From NCBI GenBank assembly GCA_016839945.1, contig JAEOTE010000020.1, forward strand, positions 1-15,101: a DNA stretch of 15,101 nucleotides, written 5' to 3'. Positions within the stretch are counted from its first letter, which is position 1. The number at the start of each line of letters is the position of its first letter. Positions 1-8,171 of this stretch are shown here, one piece after another. This DNA comes from Candidatus Heimdallarchaeota archaeon (GTDB lineage Archaea; Asgardarchaeota; Heimdallarchaeia; Heimdallarchaeales; Heimdallarchaeaceae). The translations under genes and the position numbers were made by a program. Under the pieces are notes generated by a model that saw only the letters and a program-made list of their open reading frames with translations, made no database searches and had not been told where the DNA came from.

Positions 1-284
1 GCTTCATCTGGTGTTGTATCATCAACTAATTGCCAATGAATAGAACCACCAGTTGTTAAACAATTAGAAAATGTTCCTACTCCGTTTGGTCTTAATGCTG
101 GTGTAACAGATTGTGCAATAATTATTCCATACTCTGTATTAGTATGAATATCATTAGTTTTTAACTTTATATCAGTTGTTGATAAATATAATATTAAACT
201 AAATAAAGATACCACTAACATTATTACAATTATTGTTGCTGCAACTAGAGAAACAGCACGATTTTTCTTTTTATTAATAATCAT
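1..284 (-). CDS. Secreted/surface protein with class III (archaeal type IV pilin-like) signal peptide; partial, runs off the left edge
   Basis: Manual translation from ATG at 284 is open to base 1: MIINKKKNRAVSLVAATIIVIMLVVSLFSLILYLSTTDIKLKTNDIHTNTEYGIIIAQSVTPALRPNGVGTFSNCLTTGGSIHWQLVDDTTPDE. It has a basic leader, an RA|VS putative cleavage site and a ~23-aa hydrophobic helix. Not in the ORF track because there is no stop in the window. Confidence 0.75.
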   Translation of the reverse strand, partial: MIINKKKNRAVSLVAATIIVIMLVVSLFSLILYLSTTDIKLKTNDIHTNTEYGIIIAQSVTPALRPNGVGTFSNCLTTGGSIHWQLVDDTTPDE

Positions 285-366
285 TATAAACCACTTATAG
301 TATTATTTAATCTTTTTTTATTTTAAATTACCTAAAGAGGAAAAGAGAATTTTCAAGAAAAATATT

Positions 367-387
367 AAGAAAAAAAGAAGAAAAGGG
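367..387 (-). terminator. Oligo-T archaeal terminator-like tract
   Basis: The minus strand reads CCCTTTTCTTCTTTTTTTCTT just after the tandem TAA TAA at 395-390. Confidence 0.55.
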
Positions 388-392
388 TATTA

Positions 393-940
393 TTAGAGTG
401 GTTTCTTTCTTAGAAGAAGGTAACCAAGAAGACCTATTATTAATACTCCTCCGGCAACTCCAAGAAGGATTCCAAGCATTTCAAAAGTTCCAAAACCAAG
501 TCCATCTGGACCAAGTGTTGTGGCGATAGGTTCAACATTAACAGTTATTATTTCATTATCTGAAGTATCGTATCCTGGAAACTTGCACTGATTGTAAAAC
601 TATAATCTCTCTCTGTTGTTACCGTCATTTCTGAAGTAATCCAAGCAAAAACAATATTACCTGAAGCATCAGTATTCAAAGTAGCTACTGTAGTACTTGA
701 ACTCTCAAAAACACTTGTTTATGCAATGATAAGAACTGAAGCACCTTGTACAGCTCCTAGAGTACCATTTGCCCAGATATTTATGTCGATTACTTGTAAT
801 GTAAGTGCATCAGATGGGAAGATTATAGCACTTCCATCTACATTTGTTGCTTTTGTTTCCAAAGGAAGAAAAACTAACAAAGACATGCATAAAATAACTA
901 AGAAAAGAAATTTTATTGTTTTTTGAGATTTCATATTCAT
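393..940 (-). pseudogene. Disrupted cell-surface protein (signal peptide, beta-rich domain, C-terminal TM anchor with basic tail), ~182 aa when reconstructed
   Basis: Track ORF 719..979 is only the 5' piece; the likely start is ATG 940 or 934. After the in-frame TAA (721-719) the frame continues TSVFESSSTTVATLNTDASGNIVFAWITSEMTVTTERDYSFTISAS. Adding 1 nt at the A-run 579-581 gives FPGYDTSDNEIITVNVEPIATTLGPDGLGFGTFEMLGILLGVAGGVLIIGLLGYLLLRKKPL*. Confidence 0.75.
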
Positions 941-1022
941 AGAAATCCCTACTCTTGTTCTAAACTTAACAATATTCATTTCTTTTTTTTGACGTTTGTT
1001 TAAAGGTAGGGAATAAATAAAA

Positions 1023-2912
1023 TTATAAAAGATCTATTTCCATTTTTTCCATTGGTTTGAAAAGCTCAACACCTGTTCTTTCTTTTACCAAATCAATAAT
1101 ATGATTATAGAGTTTTTTATAATCAAATTCTTTAGTTTTATTTTTACCTGGAATAACTAAGTTGTGTTTTTCTCCTATTTCTATTGCCTTTTCATATCCT
1201 GCAGCAGCAAGCCTCAAAATCGCACTTAAAGGATCCCAAGTCAATACTCTAAATAATCGCTCTTGAGATAAAGGTGTTCCATCAGCAATGATGACTTGAC
1301 CTGCATGAAGTGAATACCCAACTCCAACACCTCCACCACCATGATAACTTGTCCAAGTAGCTCCACAAAGAGAATTGCCTAATAGATTGATAACTGGATA
1401 ATCACCTATAGCATCAGAACCATCTTGCATTCCCTCAGTTTCTCTATTTGGTGAAGCAACGCTTCCTCCATCAAGATGATCTCGTCCAATAACAACAGGT
1501 GCTTTAAGAATACCATCAGCAACTAATTTATTCATAAGCATTCCAAAAGCTGCTCTACCTATGAAACCAGCCCAAAATACTCTAGCAGGAAGACCTTTTT
1601 CAAATGGAATATATCTATCTGCTAACTCTAACCAATTTACTAATTGTGAATCATCGTGGAATAATTTCTTAGCATATTTGTCAGTTTTTCTGATATCTTC
1701 TGGATCATTACTCAAAGCCATCCAACGGAAAGGTCCTTTTCCTTCACAGAAAAGAGGACGAACATATTCTAATACAAATCCCGAATAATCAAAAGCATCC
1801 TCCACACCTAACTCATAGGCTTGTTGTCGTATATTGTTTCCATAATCAAAAGTTTCTAATCCCCTCTTATGTAATTCAACCATGAAATTTACATGTTTAA
1901 CTACAGTTTTTCTTGATCTTTCTATATATTCCTCAGGACTCTCAACTCTTAAGATATCAGCTTCATCATATGTTATCCCTACTGGATAATAACCATTCAA
2001 AAGATCATGAGCAGAAGTTTGATCAGTTAGAACATGAGGTGTAATATCATTATCAACTAGATATTGAAGTAATTCTACTGCGTTACATAAAACACCAATG
2101 GAAATAGATTCATCTTTCTCAGCTGCATTCCTTGCTATTTTAATAGCTTCCTCAATTGACTCAGTTTTATAATCCAAATAAGGCGCTCCTTGATCTCTTC
2201 CCGTGTAATACATTCTATCAATCAGGTTTGGATTAACTTCAGCTATAAGACCTATTTTGCTACACATCTTAATTGCTAATGGTTGAGCTCCACTCATTAA
2301 GCCTAATCCAGCACTTACAATAAGTTTCTTCTCAAAATCAGAAAGTTCGTTATAGGATGGTTTTTTCTCTGCTGCGTTAATAGCTGCTGCTATTGTTTCA
2401 TAGGTTCCTTGGATTATTCCCTGTAATCCTATGAAAATAAAAGATCCAGCTGTCATTTGTCCATAAACAGATATACCTGCTGCAACAAATTCCTCAAAAT
2501 TTGGCGTCCAATGTGGAACAATAACACTATTTGTTACAACACATCTAGGAGCCCATCTAGTTGTTTGCATTTTACCATAAGGAACACCTGATTGTAAGAA
2601 GAGAGTTTCATTTGGTTCAAGAGTTTTTAATAATTCTATTGTTTCGTAGAAAGATTTCCAGTCTCTAGCAACTTTTCCTGAACCACCATAAATATACAAT
2701 GTTTCCCAATCTCTACCATTATGCAGATTTGAGATCATTGCTCTTATGATAGATTCAGTTTCCCATCCTGCTTTTGTAGAAGTTTTCAATGCTTCTTCTC
2801 CTGTAGGGAGAGGAGGAATTTCATCTGGTTTATGGTCCATCTTTAATCTATCTTCTTCTGATAGCCTATGCTTCCCAGATATTATCTCTTCCATCTTGTT
2901 TCTATAATCCAT
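1023..2912 (-). CDS. hutU: Urocanate hydratase (urocanase) family protein
   Basis: Motifs YGGSGKVARDW, YGQMTAGS, QGIIQGTYET, AGLGLMSGAQP (NAD binding), TDQTSAHD, FDYGNNIR, RPLFCEGKGPFRW, GRDHLDGGSVASPNRETE and HGGGGVGVG. GGGTGA SD-like motif 4 nt before the ATG. Confidence 0.95.
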   Translation of the reverse strand: MDYRNKMEEIISGKHRLSEEDRLKMDHKPDEIPPLPTGEEALKTSTKAGWETESIIRAMISNLHNGRDWETLYIYGGSGKVARDWKSFYETIELLKTLEPNETLFLQSGVPYGKMQTTRWAPRCVVTNSVIVPHWTPNFEEFVAAGISVYGQMTAGSFIFIGLQGIIQGTYETIAAAINAAEKKPSYNELSDFEKKLIVSAGLGLMSGAQPLAIKMCSKIGLIAEVNPNLIDRMYYTGRDQGAPYLDYKTESIEEAIKIARNAAEKDESISIGVLCNAVELLQYLVDNDITPHVLTDQTSAHDLLNGYYPVGITYDEADILRVESPEEYIERSRKTVVKHVNFMVELHKRGLETFDYGNNIRQQAYELGVEDAFDYSGFVLEYVRPLFCEGKGPFRWMALSNDPEDIRKTDKYAKKLFHDDSQLVNWLELADRYIPFEKGLPARVFWAGFIGRAAFGMLMNKLVADGILKAPVVIGRDHLDGGSVASPNRETEGMQDGSDAIGDYPVINLLGNSLCGATWTSYHGGGGVGVGYSLHAGQVIIADGTPLSQERLFRVLTWDPLSAILRLAAAGYEKAIEIGEKHNLVIPGKNKTKEFDYKKLYNHIIDLVKERTGVELFKPMEKMEIDLL

Positions 2913-2966
2913 AGTTTCACCCTAACACTACTAATCTAAACAGAATTTATCATATCAAAAATTTTA

Positions 2967-4184
2967 CTATCTGATGTATCCATACAAAGTCTGACAAATA
3001 ACATCCGTTAACCCTGTTTCATTCAATATGTCTTTTACTTGTTTCATCTCATGTTCAGGAGGACGTTTGATATGTTGAGCTCTAAATTCTGGGCGATAAT
3101 CTAAAACAGTAACTTGTAAATCTGGTTCCCATTTAGCTAGTTTTGATCCCATCTCTTTGAGTTCTTCAAAAGACATGAATTCTTTGTTATATGGTATACC
3201 AACACCAAGAAATATCTGATCATAATAATTATCAAGAATATATTTTACTGCATTCCAGCTTGTTGTAAAATATTTTTCTGCAAGATCTATTTCTTTCAAA
3301 TTGGTTATTTTCATAAATGTTTCAAGTCGTATTCCTTTCAAATCTGGCCCGATATCAGTTAATCCTGCTAGTACTAATTCGTCTATATAATCAGGAGTTA
3401 AAATTGAAGCATTAGTATCAACATGAATTCTAGCAGAATAATCTGGATTGAGATGTTTTAATTGTGATACAAATTGAGTTAACCACTTTCTATTAAGTGT
3501 AGATTCTCCTCCGCTAATTGCTATCCTGTTAACACGAAATTGTTTTCGAATTGCTGATAGTTTTCTTGCAGCTATCTTTGGTGTAAATGATACTGAATTT
3601 GAGAGATATACCGCTTCCCAATTTTGACACGTTGGACACCTATATAGACAACCTGAAGCAAAACAAGCAACCTCCAAATACCCCAATGGACTTGTTGCTT
3701 CTATGTTTTTTGGAGTTCCTACTCCACCAACATGATGACCTTGAAAACCTGTGATAATTCTTTGTGGAGTTACTTTTTCAACGTCAGTAACTATTTCCAT
3801 ACCATCTTCAATAGGAGTAGTACAAGAAGGTTTGAGTTCACCATCTACTAAAACAGCGCAAGACCAGCACCCACCAGTTTTGCAAGGAGTAAAAATAGCA
3901 TCATCTTGTGGATAATCTGCTACTTTGTACCCCAGAAATTCAAGAACATTAAGAATAGTTTGATTCTCAAAAACCGTATAAACTTCACCATCAATTAGTA
4001 GATTAAATTCCTCTACTTCTTTTTCAACTTCGATAAAAGATCTTGCAGATTGTGGGCATGCATCAATACATGATTTACAAACTACACAAAACTCCTCTCC
4101 TGGGCATTTTATTGCATTTTTACAATAAGCACAGTTTTTACAGAGTTTTCTGTTAGTAGTAGCTTGTTTTGTTTTTACCTTCAA
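2967..4184 (-). CDS. Radical SAM protein (PflA/activase-like) with N-terminal 2x[4Fe-4S] ferredoxin and [2Fe-2S] domains
   Basis: CKNCAYC..KCP and CVVCKSCIDACP (ferredoxin); CKTGGCWSC...SC (2Fe-2S); CLYRCPTC radical SAM motif; SGGES, DTN and DLKG motifs. TTG start. Confidence 0.9.
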   Translation of the reverse strand: MKVKTKQATTNRKLCKNCAYCKNAIKCPGEEFCVVCKSCIDACPQSARSFIEVEKEVEEFNLLIDGEVYTVFENQTILNVLEFLGYKVADYPQDDAIFTPCKTGGCWSCAVLVDGELKPSCTTPIEDGMEIVTDVEKVTPQRIITGFQGHHVGGVGTPKNIEATSPLGYLEVACFASGCLYRCPTCQNWEAVYLSNSVSFTPKIAARKLSAIRKQFRVNRIAISGGESTLNRKWLTQFVSQLKHLNPDYSARIHVDTNASILTPDYIDELVLAGLTDIGPDLKGIRLETFMKITNLKEIDLAEKYFTTSWNAVKYILDNYYDQIFLGVGIPYNKEFMSFEELKEMGSKLAKWEPDLQVTVLDYRPEFRAQHIKRPPEHEMKQVKDILNETGLTDVICQTLYGYIR

Positions 4185-4286
4185 GTAAAAAACCTGTCCA
4201 ATTGTATTAGTATGTTTTTCTTATATTTAACAGCTTTTGACAGAAGTAAAAAGTATATATTCATAGATGAATTAGAAATATTGACA
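4185..4286. promoter_or_regulatory. Divergent promoter region with archaeal TATA-like boxes
   Basis: Plus strand GTAAAAAGTATATAT (~4246-4260) lies ~27 nt before the SDR ATG. Minus strand TTAAATATAA (4230-4221) lies upstream of the radical SAM TTG. Confidence 0.45.
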
Positions 4287-5000
4287 ATGAAACGAATTTT
4301 AATCACTGGTAGTAATAGTGGAATTGGCTTGGAATTTACAAAAAAATATTTAGAGAGGGGAGATTATGTCATTGCTTCTTGCAGAAAACCAGAAAGTGCA
4401 TATGAATTAAGGGATATTCGTGAGAATCATGCTGGAAGAATTATAGTACCTCAACTAGATGTAAGTGACGAAGATTCCAGAGATAAACTGTTCAAGAATA
4501 TATCAAGTTTTCTCGATAAGCTTGACATTTTAATTAATAATGCAGGTGTTATTTCAGGGAATTTAGAATATAGTCCACCTCTAGGAGAATTACATGATGA
4601 AGACATGACAAAAGTTTTTCTTATTAATTCTATTTCTCCAATTTATATGGCTGAGAGATTTCTACCTCTATTAAAAAGAAGTAAAAATCCAAAAATCATC
4701 AATATATCCTCAATAAGTGGATCTATTTCAAAAAGAACTAGGGGTGGAGGATACAGTTACAGTGCTAGTAAAGCAGCTTTAAACATGTTTACTAAAAACT
4801 TGTCTAATGATTTAAGAGAAGATAGAGTTATAGTAGTTGCACTACATCCAGGATGGGTAAAAACTGGCTTTCCATATACTGAAAATGCACCACATATGCC
4901 AGAAGAAACAGTTGGGGGAATGATGGATGTTATTGATTCTTTAGAAATGAAAGACTCAGGTAAATTTATTGATTGGCTAGGAACTGAGCAACCTTGGTAG
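4287..5000 (+). CDS. Short-chain dehydrogenase/reductase, CsgA/C-factor-like
   Basis: MKRILITGSNSGIG, LDVSD, INNAG, YSASK catalytic motif and LHPGWVKT. Start moved from the track's 4164 to ATG 4287, because the extension overlaps the divergent gene and promoter. Confidence 0.92.
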   Translation: MKRILITGSNSGIGLEFTKKYLERGDYVIASCRKPESAYELRDIRENHAGRIIVPQLDVSDEDSRDKLFKNISSFLDKLDILINNAGVISGNLEYSPPLGELHDEDMTKVFLINSISPIYMAERFLPLLKRSKNPKIINISSISGSISKRTRGGGYSYSASKAALNMFTKNLSNDLREDRVIVVALHPGWVKTGFPYTENAPHMPEETVGGMMDVIDSLEMKDSGKFIDWLGTEQPW

Positions 5001-5049
5001 TATAGCACTAAACAAATAAGATATTAATTCTAATAATAATGACTTCTAA

Positions 5050-5580
5050 ATGACGTATGAGTTTAAGATAGAGGAATATAATCCAGAATGGGGAGAATGG
5101 TTCGCTCAACTAAGAAAATACTTTGATAACTATTTATCTAATTTAGTAATTTGTATTGAACATGTTGGAAGCACAGCTATACCAAACATGGTAGCAAAAC
5201 CGATTATAGACATAGATATAGTAATAAAAAAAGAATATTGGAAAGAAGTTAAGACAAAGCTTGAAGAAAGAGGATATATCCATCAAGGGGATTTAGGTAT
5301 AGAAGAAAGAGAAGCGTTCAAATTACTTAATGAGGAACTAAAGCAGTCTTTACCTCCTCACCATCTATATGTCTGTAATGAAGATAGTAAAGAGCTAAAG
5401 TGTCATATCATTTTTAGAGATTTTTTGCGAAATAATCCCAAAGAGCTCAACAAATTATGTAAGATAAAAAACAAACTCTATAAAAAAATTTCAGATAACA
5501 AAGAAGCATATATTGAAGGTAAAGATTTAGCAGTTAAACAAATTCTAAGAAAAGCTTTGAAAGAACAAGATAACGTTTAG
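5050..5580 (+). CDS. GrpB/UPF0157 family nucleotidyltransferase-fold protein
   Basis: EYNPEW, IEHVGSTAIPNMVAKPIIDIDI, HHLYV, FRDFLR and YIEGK motifs. Confidence 0.92.
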   Translation: MTYEFKIEEYNPEWGEWFAQLRKYFDNYLSNLVICIEHVGSTAIPNMVAKPIIDIDIVIKKEYWKEVKTKLEERGYIHQGDLGIEEREAFKLLNEELKQSLPPHHLYVCNEDSKELKCHIIFRDFLRNNPKELNKLCKIKNKLYKKISDNKEAYIEGKDLAVKQILRKALKEQDNV

Positions 5581-5614
5581 CAATCTTAATAAATAGACAT
5601 TTTTTTCTTCGTTC

Positions 5615-6973
5615 ATGAAAGTAGTATTTATTGGTCATGGTTCCTCAGGTTGGACTGCCGCCACAACACTTCGTGCATGGGACAGAGCTGCAGAGATAAC
5701 TGTTATTGATAAGAAAGATTACGATGCTTATCATCCTTGTGCAATGCCTTATGCGATTGGAGGTTTATGGGAAGATGAAAGTCCCTTAATTGAATCTATG
5801 AACTATCAAATGATGAAGATTAATTTTTTGCGTCGTCATGAAGCTCTAAAAATTGATCGTCAGAATAAAAAAGTAACAGCTAAAAATCTTGAAAACGAAG
5901 AAATTATTGATGTTGAATATGATTACTTAGTAATCTGTACTGGCTCAAAAGCTAAAACACCACCTTTACCTGGCATAGATGGAAAAAATGTTTATGCTTT
6001 GAAGTGGATTGAAGATTCAGCAAGAATTCGTAAAGCAGCAACAAATGCATCCAAAGTAGCTGTTGTTGGTGCATCTGCAATTGGTCTTGAAGTAGCAACT
6101 GAATTAGCACATAGGGGAATAGAAACTGTTGTTCTTGCTAGATCAAGAATAATGCGTCTTCTTATTGATCCAGACTATGCTAATGATACAGTGAAATTAT
6201 TAGAAGAAAAACTTCCTAAATTAAAAATTATTGTTGGAATAGGTATAAATGAAATTGTTCTTGATAGTAACGGAATGGCAATAAAAGTAACTACTGATCA
6301 GGGAGATTTTGAGTGTGACTTCGTTGTAAATGCAACTGGTGTTCAACCAGAAGTTACTTTAGCTAAAGAAGCTGGTTTAGAGATAGGTGAATCTTGGGCA
6401 ATCGTTACAGATGACGAATTAAAAACATCAGATCCCAATATTCTTGCTGTTGGAGATTGTGCAGAAACAACACATTTAGTTTCTAAGAAGCCAATCAATT
6501 CTGCAATAGCTACTTGTTGTGTAAGAATGGCTAGAGTAGCTGCTATGACTATTGCCAGACCTGGAACTTTAAAATTCCCAGGAACAATGAACAACTTTAT
6601 TGTTCCATACATTGACCTAAGAGTGGGATCCGTTGGCCTTATTAAGAAAGCAGCAGAAGATGCTGGTTTCGAAGTAGTTTCAGCTAAAATAAAGACACAT
6701 AATAAACCCCCTTATATGCCAGATGCCAAAGAGCTCTACTTCAAAATTCTTGTTGATAAAAACACAGGAAAACTTCTTGGTGCTCAAGCAATTGGCCCCG
6801 ATTCAATTACAGACAACTTGAATGTTGTTTCAATGGGCTTGCAGAGTGAAATGACATTTCAACAATTACTTGAAGCTGATTTGTGTTATGCTCCTGCAGT
6901 AAATGAAACAATCTATCCTGTTACTCAAGCTCTAGAAATGATTTCAAGAAAAATGCTAAGAAGGCAGAAATAG
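5615..6973 (+). CDS. FAD-dependent pyridine nucleotide-disulfide oxidoreductase, NAD(P)H oxidase/CoA-disulfide reductase family
   Basis: IGHGSSG FAD motif, YHPCAMPY single redox Cys, CTGS, VVGASAIGLE, TSDPNILAVGDC and a C-terminal dimerisation domain (LLGAQ, DLCYAP). Confidence 0.92.
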   Translation: MKVVFIGHGSSGWTAATTLRAWDRAAEITVIDKKDYDAYHPCAMPYAIGGLWEDESPLIESMNYQMMKINFLRRHEALKIDRQNKKVTAKNLENEEIIDVEYDYLVICTGSKAKTPPLPGIDGKNVYALKWIEDSARIRKAATNASKVAVVGASAIGLEVATELAHRGIETVVLARSRIMRLLIDPDYANDTVKLLEEKLPKLKIIVGIGINEIVLDSNGMAIKVTTDQGDFECDFVVNATGVQPEVTLAKEAGLEIGESWAIVTDDELKTSDPNILAVGDCAETTHLVSKKPINSAIATCCVRMARVAAMTIARPGTLKFPGTMNNFIVPYIDLRVGSVGLIKKAAEDAGFEVVSAKIKTHNKPPYMPDAKELYFKILVDKNTGKLLGAQAIGPDSITDNLNVVSMGLQSEMTFQQLLEADLCYAPAVNETIYPVTQALEMISRKMLRRQK

Positions 6974-6985
6974 TTTTTGATAAAT

Positions 6986-7020
6986 GATGAGTAAATAAAC
7001 TCATCCTTAATTTTCTTTTC
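6986..7020 (+). terminator. Hairpin plus T-rich tract downstream of the oxidoreductase gene
   Basis: GATGAGT-aaataa-ACTCATC (7-bp perfect stem, 6986-7005) followed by CTTAATTTTCTTTTC. Confidence 0.45.
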
Positions 7021-7101
7021 AAACAACTTTTATTAACAATTCATTCACTAGAATATTATATAAATCAGGAAAATAATACAATCAATACATAGTGATTAAG
7101 A

Positions 7102-8049
7102 ATGAATAAATTTAAGCCAGTAGATCCCATAAAATCACCTAGATTCTCTGGAATTAAATCATTTATGCGATTACCTTACACAAAAACTTTAGAAGAAGTT
7201 GATTTCGCAATAATTGGTGTTCCATCTGATGCAGGAGCATCTTTCAGGACAGGGCAAAGAGAAGGACCTGCAGCTATAAGAAAAATATCAGCATTATTAC
7301 GTCACCACAATCCAATTTTAGGCATTAGTCCTTTTGATTACATTTCAGGCATTGACTATGGTGATTTACCTGTTGTTCCAGGATATATTGAAGAAGGGTA
7401 TAAAAGAATCGAAGATAATCTCTTTCCTCTAGTAGATGCAGATATTATTCCAATTCTATTGGGGGGAGATCATGCAATAACATTGCCTGAATTAAGAGCA
7501 ATTGTAAGAAAACATGGTCCTGTTGCCTTATTGCATTTTGATGCACATAGTGATACGGTGGAAGAGTATTTTGGTAAACCTTACAATCATGGTACATCCT
7601 TTAAGAGAGCTGTTGAAGAAAAACTGCTTTTAGTTGAAAACTCAATTCAAATTGGTTTGAGAGGATCAATTTATTCTAAGGATCATCTGAATATCCCAAA
7701 AAACTTGGGATTTGAGGTTGTCACAGCTGAAGAAATCAGAAAGATAGGTTTTACACAATTACTCCAAAAAATCCATGAAAGAATTGGTAAAAACAAAGTT
7801 TTTCTAACATTCGATGTTGATTTTGTAGATCCTGCATATGCACCAGGCACAGGAACGCCTGAAATTGGTGGTTTTTCCAGTGGAGAAACAATAGATTTGA
7901 TAAGAGGTGTGAAGGATTTAAACTTCGTAGGATTTGATGTTGTTGAGGTTTTACCTTCCTATGATCCTTCAGAAATTACTGCTTTACTAGCTGCTAATGT
8001 TGTTTATGAGTTTATATCTATAATAGCATACAAAAAAAAAAAAAACTAG
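7102..8049 (+). CDS. speB: Agmatinase / ureohydrolase
   Basis: PRFSG..SFMRLP, GPAAIR, GGDHAIT, HFDAHSD, NHGT, DVDFVDPAYAPGTGTP and DVVEV. All canonical binuclear metal ligands are present. Confidence 0.9.
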   Translation: MNKFKPVDPIKSPRFSGIKSFMRLPYTKTLEEVDFAIIGVPSDAGASFRTGQREGPAAIRKISALLRHHNPILGISPFDYISGIDYGDLPVVPGYIEEGYKRIEDNLFPLVDADIIPILLGGDHAITLPELRAIVRKHGPVALLHFDAHSDTVEEYFGKPYNHGTSFKRAVEEKLLLVENSIQIGLRGSIYSKDHLNIPKNLGFEVVTAEEIRKIGFTQLLQKIHERIGKNKVFLTFDVDFVDPAYAPGTGTPEIGGFSSGETIDLIRGVKDLNFVGFDVVEVLPSYDPSEITALLAANVVYEFISIIAYKKKKN

Positions 8050-8171
8050 AATCTTAACAGTTTAGTCTAATTGATTATTTCATCCACTTCAAAATTATCT
8101 ACAATGGATAACATTTTTATCTATAAAGAAAAAGTCGAACACAGTAAAATAAAAATTAGTAGGTTTTGATT

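Noticed and set aside
719-721. Programmed stop readthrough or recoding of the internal TAA
   Set aside because: TAA is a normal stop throughout the window, and a second lesion (frameshift) in the same gene favours decay or error.
726-926. Track ORF, 66 aa on the plus strand
   Set aside because: Antisense shadow of the surface-protein pseudogene, with no recognisable features.
4164-4286. 41-aa N-terminal extension of the SDR in the track
   Set aside because: Overlaps the divergent radical SAM start and the promoter region. The SDR fold begins at ATG 4287.
6984-7100. ATGATGA as a box C of a C/D sRNA, or the hairpin as a SECIS element
   Set aside because: No CTGA box D follows in the spacer, the hairpin is too small for a SECIS, and the flanking genes have no in-frame TGA.
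8032-8045. A14 homopolymer as a phase-variation tract
   Set aside because: It lies in the last five codons of speB (KKKKN), so slippage would only alter the extreme tail.
7102-8049. Ureohydrolase as formiminoglutamase HutG completing the hut pathway
   Set aside because: The N-terminal PRFSG..FMRLP and the HGT and PGTGTP motifs fit the agmatinase/guanidino-acid hydrolase branch. It is also 4 kb from hutU on the other strand.
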